A stretch of 64,000 bases of DNA from Methylophilaceae bacterium (GTDB lineage Bacteria > Pseudomonadota > Gammaproteobacteria > Burkholderiales > Methylophilaceae): positions 25,958 to 89,957 of the forward strand of contig DATBRG010000019.1 in assembly GCA_036560445.1 (NCBI GenBank). The letters are read 5' to 3'. The notes under the pieces are model-generated. The model was not told where the DNA came from, searched no databases, and saw nothing but the letters and a program-made list of their open reading frames with translations. Shown here piece after piece: positions 17,437 to 26,836 of the stretch. Made by a program: the position numbers and the translations under genes. Within the stretch, counting starts at the first letter, position 1, and each line of letters begins with the position of its first letter.

Positions 17437-17472
17437 TTGTGGTGCACAATCACTGTGCGTATGCACCACAAA
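17437..17472. promoter_or_regulatory. 11-bp-arm inverted repeat with TGGTGCA / TGCACCA half-sites (candidate NtrC-type enhancer; alternatively a 3' hairpin of the ABC exporter mRNA)
   Basis: TTTGTGGTGCA-caatcactgtgcgta-TGCACCACAAA. It contains TGCACAATCACTGTGCG (TGCAC-N7-GTGCg) and lies about 90-120 nt upstream of the sigma54 element. Confidence 0.45.
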
Positions 17473-17517
17473 ATCTAATATTTACTGCGCTAATGTTTTT
17501 TTCGGGAAAGTACTGAT

Positions 17518-19341
17518 TTAGATTGGGTCTGTTTGTTCTATATCTTCTAGCGAGTTTTCCTGTAAGCCAAATTGTAAGCTAGCCAGTCGAGCATACAGCC
17601 CATCGTTGCTGCGTAACTCGGAGGCAGTCCCGATTTCTACAATCTGGCCATTTTCCATGACAACGATACGGTCAGCCTTTTGTACCGTAGCCAAACGGTG
17701 CGCAATGATCAATGTGGTACGGCCTTCCATCGCCGCATTGAGGCCCTGCTGTACCAATATTTCGGATTCCGCATCGAGCGCGCTGGTGGCTTCGTCCAGC
17801 AGCAGTAATGGGGCATCTTTGAGGATGGCGCGGGCGATGGCAATGCGCTGGCGCTGCCCACCAGAAAGCCGCGTGCCTCGTTCACCAAGGAATGTTTGAT
17901 AACTCTCGGGCAGGCGGTTGATGAATTCGTCCACTTGGGCGGCCTTGGCAGCCACCATGACTTCAGCATCGGTGGCATAAGGGCGGCCATAGCGGATGTT
18001 CTCCATGGCGTTGGCGGAGAAGATCACCGGATCCTGTGGCACCACCGCAATCATGCTGCGGAGGTTTTCCAGGCTGAGTTCACGGATATCCTGACCATTG
18101 AGGGTAATACTGCCACTGCTTACATCATAAAAACGTAGTAGTAGCTGAAACATGGTGGTTTTGCCGGCACCAGAAGGGCCGACCAGGGCAATGGTCTCGC
18201 CTGCCACGATATTCAGTTCGATATGATTAAGTGCGGCTACCTGTGGACGCGAAGGATAACGGAAGCTGACTTGTCTGAACTCAATTGCCGCCTGGGCGTT
18301 GTCGCGCAAAGGTTCTGCCCGTGTGGGTTCGGCGATAGCAGGCTCTGCGTGCAACAATTCCAGTAAACGCTCGGTCGCGCCTGCAGCACGCATCACATCC
18401 CCCCAGACTTCTGCCATGGTCCCTACACTGCCAGCCACCATGGCGGCATACAGGATAAATGACGCCAGCTCGCCGCCAGTCATGGTGCCAGCGCTTACCT
18501 GGCGTGCGCCCACCCATAGCACAAAAATAATCGTTCCCATGACGGCAGTAATCATGATGGCGGTAAGTGCCGCACGTACACGTACGCGGCGGATAGCAGT
18601 AGTAAAGCTAATTTCGGTGGTATTGCGGAATCTGCCTATCTCGCGCAGCTCTTGGGTATAGGATTGCACCGTAGGCATGGCGTTGAGGATTTCGCCGGCC
18701 ATGGCCGAGCTATCTGCGATACGGTCCTGGGACTCGCGCGATAGTTTTTTCACGGTACGCCCGATCAACATGATTGGCAGTATCAACAACAACATCAGGC
18801 CAAAATTGAGTGAGAACAGATAAAAACTGGTGACAGCTAGCATGATCATGCCGCCGATGAACTGGAACAGGCTGCGCAAACCCATGGAGACAGAGCTCCC
18901 AACAACGGTTTGTATGAGTGTGGTGTCGCCGGTCAGGCGAGATAGCACCTCGCCAGTCTGCAGGGTTTCAAAGAATTGTGGTGATTGCGTCAGTACGCGT
19001 GCATACACCGCACTACGCAAATCTGCCGTGACACGTTCACCCACCCAAGAAACCGTGTAATAGCGTGATGCCACCATCAATGCCCAAAAGCAGGCTAAGC
19101 CGAAAAGCACAAAAAAGTGGCCGTTGAGGCCCATGCTTACAGATAGGCCAGTGGTTGGTTTTGTGGTTTGCCCGAAACCGAAATCAATCAGGTCGCGAAA
19201 CGCCAGGGGTACCAGCAAAAGCGTGGCAGAGGCAAAACATAGCAGGATAAAAGCCAGGAAGACTTGCAGACGGTATGGCCGCAAGAACGGCCATAGATCT
19301 CGTAGAGACGACAAACGTTTAGTGGGGGCGGGAGCTTGCAT
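17518..19341 (-). CDS. ABC exporter, fused transmembrane + ATPase (ABCB/MsbA-like)
   Basis: 607 aa. Six-TM N-terminal domain, Walker A GPSGAGKTT, signature LSGGQRQRIAIARA, Walker B LLLLDEATSALD. Confidence 0.85.
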   Translation of the reverse strand: MQAPAPTKRLSSLRDLWPFLRPYRLQVFLAFILLCFASATLLLVPLAFRDLIDFGFGQTTKPTTGLSVSMGLNGHFFVLFGLACFWALMVASRYYTVSWVGERVTADLRSAVYARVLTQSPQFFETLQTGEVLSRLTGDTTLIQTVVGSSVSMGLRSLFQFIGGMIMLAVTSFYLFSLNFGLMLLLILPIMLIGRTVKKLSRESQDRIADSSAMAGEILNAMPTVQSYTQELREIGRFRNTTEISFTTAIRRVRVRAALTAIMITAVMGTIIFVLWVGARQVSAGTMTGGELASFILYAAMVAGSVGTMAEVWGDVMRAAGATERLLELLHAEPAIAEPTRAEPLRDNAQAAIEFRQVSFRYPSRPQVAALNHIELNIVAGETIALVGPSGAGKTTMFQLLLRFYDVSSGSITLNGQDIRELSLENLRSMIAVVPQDPVIFSANAMENIRYGRPYATDAEVMVAAKAAQVDEFINRLPESYQTFLGERGTRLSGGQRQRIAIARAILKDAPLLLLDEATSALDAESEILVQQGLNAAMEGRTTLIIAHRLATVQKADRIVVMENGQIVEIGTASELRSNDGLYARLASLQFGLQENSLEDIEQTDPI

Positions 19342-19482
19342 GTATGGCAGACCTTACAACTGGGAAATTGATGTTAGCACTAGTCATGACAGTTGATGAG
19401 CTTTAATCGTTCATGATGGGGATAGCTAATTACAGCGGATTGTATGGGGATAAGCGGCTTAAATGCATTGAGTCCGGCCAAA

Positions 19483-19510
19483 TAAAAAGGGAGCAGTTGC
19501 CCCCTTTTTA
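19483..19510 (-). terminator. Intrinsic terminator downstream of pqqA
   Basis: Minus-strand RNA: AAAAAGGGGGC-AACU-GCUCCCUUUUUAUUU, a GC stem followed by a U-run. Confidence 0.65.
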
Positions 19511-19553
19511 TCGATAACGCAATCTTAGTGATTGCGCTGTATACAATGCAATC

Positions 19554-19625
19554 TTAACGATTGCATACGTACATGGTTACTTCAAAACCGAAACGCATTT
19601 CAGTAGCAGCTGGTTTGGTCCACAT
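19554..19625 (-). CDS. pqqA: PQQ precursor peptide PqqA (23 aa), orphan copy
   Basis: Hand translation: MWTKPAATEMRFGFEVTMYVCNR-stop. It has the conserved E-x3-Y cross-link pair (EVTMY). AAGGAG lies 8 nt upstream of the ATG. The gene is below the ORF-track size cutoff. Confidence 0.85.
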   Translation of the reverse strand: MWTKPAATEMRFGFEVTMYVCNR

Positions 19626-19926
19626 GATATAGCTCCTTAATTAAAGTTTAAATGCTAAATAAATCTGGAACGTTGCACTTGGAGATGAGCGTTCTGTTGG
19701 TATGAGTGCATCTTACGCGAGTCGTTCTGTCACACTACTGCCTAAAGCCATGATTAGAGCCTAGTGATTTTCATGAACTTGAATGAAATATTTGCTGGAT
19801 TGAATCTCGGTAGAGGTTCAAACTGGTTATGCATAAGTACGCTGCTATGGGCTCGATAACAAGCACCCAACAGGCTTTATCTTAAGATATATTAATCAAA
19901 ACTAGAATTTAGCTGAGGCGTTTGAT

Positions 19927-20412
19927 ATGGAAATCATGGGGAACGTAAGCACTTTAGAATTAGCAATGAGATTGGCTACAGCTATTGCTGTAGGCGCTTT
20001 GCTCGGGATCAATCGTGACCTTAATCGCAAGCCTGCTGGCCTGCGCACGCATGCAATGGTGACACTGGGTGCCGCATTGGCTACCTTGGTGGTGGTGTAT
20101 GTGCCAACAGGGGTGGTAGTCGACTTCAATGCCGTCAGTCGTGTAGTACAGGGCATATTGACGGGTATTGGTTTTCTCGGCGCTGGTGTGATTATTCGCG
20201 ATGCCGCAGGCCATGTTTCTGGTCTTACCACGGCGGCTACTATCTGGGTTTCCTCTGCACTTGGTGTGTTATGCGGGCTAGGTCACTGGCAGCTGGTTGG
20301 TCTTGCCACAGCTTCTATCATGATAGTGCTGACTGTTGGGGGTATGCTGGAGCGCAAGGCCGAACAGATATTCCACCATCGTCGCCATGACGATCTGCCA
20401 CCGCCGGCCTGA
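19927..20412 (+). CDS. mgtC: MgtC/SapB-family membrane protein
   Basis: 161 aa with the LAMRLATAIAVGALLGINRDLNRKPAGLRTHAMV signature of the MgtC family. Confidence 0.8.
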   Translation: MEIMGNVSTLELAMRLATAIAVGALLGINRDLNRKPAGLRTHAMVTLGAALATLVVVYVPTGVVVDFNAVSRVVQGILTGIGFLGAGVIIRDAAGHVSGLTTAATIWVSSALGVLCGLGHWQLVGLATASIMIVLTVGGMLERKAEQIFHHRRHDDLPPPA

Positions 20413-20417
20413 GTCTT

Positions 20418-21692
20418 TTATCTAGATAGAGTTGCCAGCATGGCGCAAACTGCAAGCGCCATCATCATAGTGGCTAACCAGCCTAGCAGTTTTAGTCGAT
20501 TACTTATGACAAACTGACTCATGATTTCGGGCTTCACCGCCATCAGCATCATCACTACCATAATGGGAACGGAGATGACGCCATTGATGACAGCGCTCCA
20601 GTAAAGCGCCTTGATTGGGTCTATGCTTGTGAAGCCAAGCATAATGCCAATCAAGGTCGAGATAATAATGATGGCGTAGAATTGCTTGGCCTTCATCAGC
20701 TTGCTTTCTAGACTACTTTTCCACTCAAACGCGCCCGCCATGGCATAGGCAGAAGAGCCAGCCAGCACGGGAATTGCCAGCAACCCTGTGCCGATGATGC
20801 CAGCGCTAAACAGGATAAAGGCAAACTCGCCTGCAATTGGGCGTAATGCAGTTGCCGCCTGTGCTGATGTCTGAATGTCGGTTATTCCATTTAAGTTCAG
20901 CGTTACTGCTGTCGTTAGAATAATGAAGAATGCCACCAGATTGGAAAACCCCATGCCGATGTAGGTATCAATCTTGATGCGCCTGAGGTTGGCTTTTGCT
21001 TGCTCGGGAGCATCTATCAAAGGTTGCGCTTTGGGGTCTGCCAACTGGTCTTCGACTTCCTGCGAAGCTTGCCAGAAGAAGAGATAAGGGCTGATAGTGG
21101 TGCCGAATACAGCAACCACAGTGGTAATGTATTCTGGCTGCCAAGATAACTTTGGTGCCAGTGCTTTTAGCAGTACCTGCGACCAAGGAATATGCACGAC
21201 AAAAGCGGTTGCCACATATGCCAGCAAGGCCAGCGTAAGCCATTTAAGGATGCGGACATAACGCCGGTAGGGAATGAAAATCTGGAGTAGCAGGGATGTG
21301 ATGCCAAATGCCACGGCATAGATTTGTGCCGGGCCGCCGACGATTAATTTCAACGCTTCGCCCATGGCTGATACATCGGCGGCAATATTGATGGTGTTGG
21401 CAACCAGCAATAGCCCAACCACGAAATATAGCAGCCATCGCGGGTAGTGCCGACGGATATTGGTGGCAAGCCCATGGCCGCTTACTCTGCCTATCCTGGC
21501 GCTGACAACCTGAATGCCAACCATTAAGGGGTATGTGAATAAAACCGTCCACAGCATGTTGAAACCAAACTGGGCTCCAGCCTGGGAGTATGTGGCAATC
21601 CCACTTGGGTCGTCGTCAGCGGCGCCTGTGATCAGGCCGGGCCCGAGTTTCTTGAGCCATGATTGTTCGCGGTTTTGAGCGGTAGGTTTCAC
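20418..21692 (-). CDS. Nramp-family divalent metal (Mn2+/Fe2+) transporter
   Basis: 424 aa with the GPGLITGAADDDPSGIATYSQAGAQFGF N-terminal Nramp motif and about 11 TM segments. Confidence 0.85.
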   Translation of the reverse strand: MKPTAQNREQSWLKKLGPGLITGAADDDPSGIATYSQAGAQFGFNMLWTVLFTYPLMVGIQVVSARIGRVSGHGLATNIRRHYPRWLLYFVVGLLLVANTINIAADVSAMGEALKLIVGGPAQIYAVAFGITSLLLQIFIPYRRYVRILKWLTLALLAYVATAFVVHIPWSQVLLKALAPKLSWQPEYITTVVAVFGTTISPYLFFWQASQEVEDQLADPKAQPLIDAPEQAKANLRRIKIDTYIGMGFSNLVAFFIILTTAVTLNLNGITDIQTSAQAATALRPIAGEFAFILFSAGIIGTGLLAIPVLAGSSAYAMAGAFEWKSSLESKLMKAKQFYAIIIISTLIGIMLGFTSIDPIKALYWSAVINGVISVPIMVVMMLMAVKPEIMSQFVISNRLKLLGWLATMMMALAVCAMLATLSR

Positions 21693-23032
21693 GTGGGCTC
21701 GATATCGGTGCGTTGCTTGTTCATATACATCCGTTCATCAGCAGATTTGAGCAACTCGCCGGTGGATTTTCCGTCTTGCGGGTAGAGTGCAAGGCCAATA
21801 GAGACATCCACATGCAGGTCATAGCCATCCATCTCTATCGGTTTGCGGACGATACTGCGCAACCTTTCCTCGAGTTGATGGATATAGGTTGAGTTTTTCC
21901 GCTCCACGATAACAATCACAAACTCGTCACCACCGAGCCGTGCCACTGTATCGCTGGCACGAATTTCTTCACGTACACGCTGGGCGATGGTCATGAGTAC
22001 GATATCCCCGGTTTTGTGGCCAAAGCGGTCATTAATCTTCTTGAAGTGGTCGAGATCAAAGAAAAATACTGCGCAAGTGGCATTTTCATCACGTTGTAGC
22101 CTGTAGATAGTTTGATCCAGCCTGTCCATCAGCAGCCGACGGTTGGCAAGCCCGGTCAGGCTGTCGTACATGGCTTGCTGGGCAAGATTGGCGCGGTCTC
22201 GCAGCAGGATATAGGCGGCGAGTGCCAGCAATGCACTGATCGCATAAGTCAGTATACGGATCACCCAAAGGAAGAGTAGCTCGGGGTTTAGTTTTACTGG
22301 TACTACAGCAAATTGCCATTTCCCCCCTGGAACATCGCTGTCAATCAAGACTGCTCGTGGATCTTTAAAAAGACCTGCGTTACCGTAAAAGGTCTGATTG
22401 GAGTCTTTCGTCCGCACGGCGAAGACGTATTCGTTGCTCGACATTTCACCGAAAGCACCCGCAAGGAATGAGGGCATATCTATTACAGTGGAAAGTAGTC
22501 CCCAGTATTGACCATCAATAAAGATAGGGTAACGGTAAATAAGGCCACTGCCGCCCTGAACCAGTGCCACAGGGCCGACCAGAACACCTTGCTTGCTGTC
22601 TACTGCTCTTTTTACGTCGGGCCACTGGTCGGGCACTAGGGTGTAATCCAATCCCAGTGCTTTCTCGTTAGCTTTGCGTGGAGCGATATAGGTGATTTTA
22701 TAACCCACCGCCACCGCAAAATTACGGATATGTTTACTGCGAGCATAGAGGTTATCGAGGACTGCATTTATTTTTACTCGGTCAAGTTCACCATGATAGA
22801 CGCTCAGATAACCGGTTAGTCCATTGGAGAGATATAGCAGAGCGTTAAGTTCGCGCTCAGTTCGTGCGCGCAATATACTGCCGTAGGATAACGTGTCGAA
22901 CTGATCATCAGTAGCTATCTTGCGTGCATCTGCCTGTAATAAAGACTCAAAGATCAGGACGAAAAGCAAGAAGATGAAAATGCTGACACGGCTGGCACTT
23001 CCTGGTTTGCCTATGATTTCCAGCAATCTCAC
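21689..23032 (-). CDS. Membrane sensor diguanylate cyclase (periplasmic CHASE/Cache-like domain + GGDEF)
   Basis: 447 aa with two TM segments flanking an extracytoplasmic domain of about 220 aa. GGDEF motif with an RxxD I-site (RASDTVARLGGDEF). The stop overlaps the Nramp start (ATGA, 21689-21692). Confidence 0.85.
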   Translation of the reverse strand: MRLLEIIGKPGSASRVSIFIFLLFVLIFESLLQADARKIATDDQFDTLSYGSILRARTERELNALLYLSNGLTGYLSVYHGELDRVKINAVLDNLYARSKHIRNFAVAVGYKITYIAPRKANEKALGLDYTLVPDQWPDVKRAVDSKQGVLVGPVALVQGGSGLIYRYPIFIDGQYWGLLSTVIDMPSFLAGAFGEMSSNEYVFAVRTKDSNQTFYGNAGLFKDPRAVLIDSDVPGGKWQFAVVPVKLNPELLFLWVIRILTYAISALLALAAYILLRDRANLAQQAMYDSLTGLANRRLLMDRLDQTIYRLQRDENATCAVFFFDLDHFKKINDRFGHKTGDIVLMTIAQRVREEIRASDTVARLGGDEFVIVIVERKNSTYIHQLEERLRSIVRKPIEMDGYDLHVDVSIGLALYPQDGKSTGELLKSADERMYMNKQRTDIEPT

Positions 23033-23185
23033 GTGCTGTCCTTATGCGTATTTGTTGAAATCAGTATACAGACTTGAATTAGGAAACATCCCGATACCAT
23101 TTAGCTAAATTACTTTATATTTGTAGTGATAACAATCCGTCGTGCACACTCTTGGCGATTATCCAGCTAGCCTGAAAGGTGGTTT

Positions 23186-23743
23186 ATGAAACTGAATCTT
23201 GGTTGTGGATTCAACAAAAAAGCAGGGTGTATCAATATAGACAAGTTTGATGCCTGTCAGCCGGATATGGTGCTGGATATTGAGCTTACTCCATGGCCAT
23301 TCAAAACGGGTGAAGTCGAAGAGGTTATTTTTAACCACTCTCTGGAACATGTTGGCGCGAATGCAGAAGTTTTTTTCGGCATTATGCGAGAGCTTTACCG
23401 GGTGTGCAGTGCTGGTGCAAAAATCCAGATTAATGTACCGCATCCAAGGCACGATCATTTCCTTAATGACCCAACGCATGTCAGGGTCATAACCCCCCAA
23501 TTATTGTCGCTCTTTAGTAAGAGGCTAAACCGGGAATGGAAGAAAAATGGAGTTTCGAACTCGCCACTTGCTATTTATCTTGATGTGGATTTCGAGGTTA
23601 AGACTGTGGCGCAAGTGCTTGAAAAAAAATACATGGACCTATTAAACAATGGGAAGATTAGCGAACAGGAGCTGGCAACTATCATCAATGAGAGAAATAA
23701 TATCGTCAGTGAATATCAGATTGCGCTTGAGGTAATCAAGTAA
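23186..23743 (+). CDS. Small class I SAM-dependent methyltransferase, substrate unknown
   Basis: 185 aa with the N-terminal LNLGCG motif I and the VIFNHSLEHV / ELYRVCSAGAKIQI blocks typical of Methyltransf_11/23-like proteins. Confidence 0.65.
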   Translation: MKLNLGCGFNKKAGCINIDKFDACQPDMVLDIELTPWPFKTGEVEEVIFNHSLEHVGANAEVFFGIMRELYRVCSAGAKIQINVPHPRHDHFLNDPTHVRVITPQLLSLFSKRLNREWKKNGVSNSPLAIYLDVDFEVKTVAQVLEKKYMDLLNNGKISEQELATIINERNNIVSEYQIALEVIK

Positions 23744-23901
23744 TTTTTGCTAAATTATTCCAGACCTTAGAACTTTGCCGTTTGCAAAAATCAACCGAGC
23801 TCTAAACGGCTCGCACCTCAATACTTAACTAAAGGCATCATATCTAAACTAGGGTGTGCTCAAAGTAGCTCGCTCCCGATAACAGATTTGGATCAGAAAC
23901 A

Positions 23902-24840
23902 ATGACAGAATCAACCGAAATGATGGACGACAGTACCGTCTATAAGACGTTGCTCGAATCCACCAAAGCGATCCCGTGGAAAATAGACTGGGGTACGATG
24001 AAGTTCGCCTATATAGGGCCGCAAATAGAAGAGTTGCTTGGCTGGTCGCCTTCCAGTTGGATAAGCGCGGATGATTGGGCAACTAGGATGCACCCTGAAG
24101 ACAGGGAATGGGTGGTTAATTTTTGTGTCTCGCAATCTCAGGCCGGGACTGACCACGAGGCAGATTACCGAGCACTGACCAAAGATGGAAATTATGTATG
24201 GATCCGCGATGTGGTTCATGTGGTTCGTAATGAAGATGGCACGGTTGATTCACTCATCGGCTTCATGTTCGATATCAGCGATCGGAAAAGGGGTGAGGAA
24301 AAGCTGATTAGCCTGCAGAAAGAGTTAGAAACCCTTTCCTTTATGGATGGCTTAACTGGCGTTGCCAATCGGCGGATGTTTGATTCCATCATGGAAAAAG
24401 AATGGGCAAATGCAAAGCGCAATAACCAGCCGCTTTCATTAATCATGATTGATATCGATTATTTCAAACAATACAACGACCATTATGGACATATCCAGGG
24501 GGACGATTGCCTTAAGCGTGTGGCAAAAGTGCTGAGTTCTGCGGCCTCCAGGCCGCGGGATTTTCTTGCCCGTTTTGGTGGGGAAGAGTTTGTGATGGTC
24601 TTGCCTGAAACGGACGAGAAATCTGCTGAAATGATTGCTGAAAGATGTCGTCACCTGATTATCGAAGACCATATTCCACATGCTGAATCTTCAGTTGCCG
24701 AAGAGCTGACTGTGAGTCTTGGCGTTGGCACTACTGTTCCGTCTCAGGATGCTGAGCCGATAGGCTTTATTGATGAGGTAGACAAGAGGTTGTACCAAGC
24801 CAAGCTAAAGGGCAGGAACTGCGTGGTTAAGGACAATTAG
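23902..24840 (+). CDS. Cytoplasmic PAS-GGDEF diguanylate cyclase
   Basis: 312 aa. PAS fold (HPEDREWV...DGNYVWIRDVV) followed by GGEEF with an RxxD I-site (RPRDFLARFGGEEF). Confidence 0.85.
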   Translation: MTESTEMMDDSTVYKTLLESTKAIPWKIDWGTMKFAYIGPQIEELLGWSPSSWISADDWATRMHPEDREWVVNFCVSQSQAGTDHEADYRALTKDGNYVWIRDVVHVVRNEDGTVDSLIGFMFDISDRKRGEEKLISLQKELETLSFMDGLTGVANRRMFDSIMEKEWANAKRNNQPLSLIMIDIDYFKQYNDHYGHIQGDDCLKRVAKVLSSAASRPRDFLARFGGEEFVMVLPETDEKSAEMIAERCRHLIIEDHIPHAESSVAEELTVSLGVGTTVPSQDAEPIGFIDEVDKRLYQAKLKGRNCVVKDN

Positions 24841-24937
24841 ATGCCCTCCCGCCTTTCAATAGCATTGTCTGATGCTCCAGATATCAACCATCGTTATGAC
24901 TGGTTGATTTAAGCGAAATCACGCCATACTGGGGCCT

Positions 24938-25696
24938 ATGTACGAATCAATATTTTTTCTGAGTGTGATGGGCTTCTTCGCTGGTTTGGTTGATTCAGCA
25001 GTTGGCGGCGGCGGCTTGATACAGATCCCTGCCCTGTTTAATGCCTTGCCAGAGGTGGCACCCGCTACACTGTTTGGCACAAATAAGTTCGCTTCCATTT
25101 TCGGTACAGCGAGTGCTGCGCGAACTTTTATTCGTCGAGTTAAGGTACCTTGGGTGTTGGTATTGCCAGCCACAGTCCTTGCATTTGTGATGTCGTTTGC
25201 TGGTGCGGCAGTAGTGAGTTATGTCCCAAAGACGGTCATTAAGCCGGTTGTGCTGACGCTGTTAATCGTGATGGCCATTTACACATTCTGGAAAAAGGAT
25301 TTCGGCAAGCTACACAAACCGAGCACTATCGGGGTGCGCGAACGCCGAATGGCAGCGGGCATTGGTGGATTGATTGGTTTTTATGATGGCTTGTTTGGAC
25401 CCGGTGCTGGCAGCTTCCTGATTTTCCTGTTTATTCGTTGTTTCGCATTTGATTTCTTATATGCATCGGCAGCAGCAAAATTCGTCAACCTGGCTACGAA
25501 TCTGGCTGCGCTTTGTTTCTTTGTGCCATCCGGCAATATTCTGCTTCATTACGCAGTGCCGATGGCGGTGAGCAATATATTTGGCAGCCTGGTTGGAACG
25601 CATCTGGCCATGAAAGGCGGTGCAGGGTTTGTCAGAATGCTGTTTTTGCTGATGCTTAGCCTGATGATAGGCAAGTTTGCTTACGACCTTATCTAG
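24938..25696 (+). CDS. TSUP (TauE/SafE) family anion permease
   Basis: 252 aa with about 8 TM segments and the FFAGLVDSAVGGGGLIQIPAL motif. Confidence 0.8.
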   Translation: MYESIFFLSVMGFFAGLVDSAVGGGGLIQIPALFNALPEVAPATLFGTNKFASIFGTASAARTFIRRVKVPWVLVLPATVLAFVMSFAGAAVVSYVPKTVIKPVVLTLLIVMAIYTFWKKDFGKLHKPSTIGVRERRMAAGIGGLIGFYDGLFGPGAGSFLIFLFIRCFAFDFLYASAAAKFVNLATNLAALCFFVPSGNILLHYAVPMAVSNIFGSLVGTHLAMKGGAGFVRMLFLLMLSLMIGKFAYDLI

Positions 25697-25722
25697 TTTG
25701 CAAAACCAGAGTTCGTCATATT

Positions 25723-25750
25723 AACCAGAAGACGGTTGCTGGTTTTAATT
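25723..25750 (+). terminator. Weak intrinsic terminator after the TSUP gene
   Basis: AACCAG-aagacggttg-CTGGTT followed by TTAATT. The stem is short and the loop large. Confidence 0.3.
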
Positions 25751-25753
25751 CAG

Positions 25754-26836
25754 CTAATCGGCAGAATCGCCTAAGTGTCTTATTGCCTGCGCTTTTACTA
25801 GGCAATAGACGCTATCGCCGCATTTAATTTCCAGGTCATGCACGGCTTTGGCCGTCACTTCAGCAATCAGTACGCAGCCAATGTCTACCGAAACGAGAAC
25901 GCGATGGTCTATTTTCCGGATGGCGGTAACGGTTCCATGTAATTGATTTTGGATAGTAAGCGCGCTTAATCTCAGTTTGGATAAAGCGATGTTACTAGCG
26001 GGTATTGAAATAGCAGTAAAGCTGCCAATGGGTTTGTTGAGCAGGGGTAAAAGGATTTTGTTCTCGCCATATCCGGTCAGGGTGTACTCGAATTCCTGAT
26101 TGTGCTCGAGTACTTCTGCATGGATTACATTATCCAGGCCCAATGAATGGGCCAGGGACAATACTCGCTCATCCTTTATTACTTCATGGAAACCGCCATT
26201 GGCAATGATGCTGCCAGCCTGAATAATAGCCAGTGTTTGGGTGAGATGCAGGATTTCGTTGATGGAATGGCTTACATAGATCATCGGGATTTGCAGTTGT
26301 TCTTTTATCCGGCGCAAGAATGGCAATATTTGATTCTTGAGGCGGCTATCCAGCGAGGCCAGTGGCTCATCAAGCAGTAAAAGACGTGGAGATGCAAGCA
26401 GGGCACGGCCCAGAGCTACACGTTGTTTTCCCCCACCCGAAAGCTGGTGTGGGCGTCGTTCAAGCAGGTGGCCGATTTCAAGCAGCGCTACAATTTGGTC
26501 GAAGCTGAATCGCTGATTCCTTGGTGCGAGTAGATTCAATCCGTAATCAAGGTTGTTGCGCGCGGATAAGTGCGGAAACAAACGACTATCCTGAAACACA
26601 AGACCGATCCGGCGATGATGGATGGCAACATCAACCTTTTTTTCGCTATCGAACAGGCACTCGCCATCAATCACAAACCGGCCTTCATCTGGCTTGATAA
26701 GGCCAGCCAGTATGGCCAATATAGTACTTTTCCCGGAACCAGAAGGGCCGAACAATCCGATGACCGGCTCATTGGTAAACAGCTTTGCATCAAGTACAAA
26801 ACTGCCTCGATTCAAACGGATATCAAGGTCAATCAT
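25754..26836 (-). CDS. modC: Molybdate ABC transporter ATP-binding protein
   Basis: 360 aa. Walker A GPSGSGKST, signature LSGGGKQRVALGRA, and a C-terminal Mop/TOBE-like domain. Follows modA-modB. Confidence 0.9.
   Translation of the reverse strand: MIDLDIRLNRGSFVLDAKLFTNEPVIGLFGPSGSGKSTILAILAGLIKPDEGRFVIDGECLFDSEKKVDVAIHHRRIGLVFQDSRLFPHLSARNNLDYGLNLLAPRNQRFSFDQIVALLEIGHLLERRPHQLSGGGKQRVALGRALLASPRLLLLDEPLASLDSRLKNQILPFLRRIKEQLQIPMIYVSHSINEILHLTQTLAIIQAGSIIANGGFHEVIKDERVLSLAHSLGLDNVIHAEVLEHNQEFEYTLTGYGENKILLPLLNKPIGSFTAISIPASNIALSKLRLSALTIQNQLHGTVTAIRKIDHRVLVSVDIGCVLIAEVTAKAVHDLEIKCGDSVYCLVKAQAIRHLGDSAD

Noticed and set aside
19626-19926. 300-nt region upstream of mgtC, examined for an Mg2+ riboswitch or leader peptide and for a pqqA promoter
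   Set aside because: It contains only trivial 6-27-codon ORFs without an RBS, and I could see no extended conserved-looking structure. Possible -10/-35 hexamers for pqqA were too weak to report.
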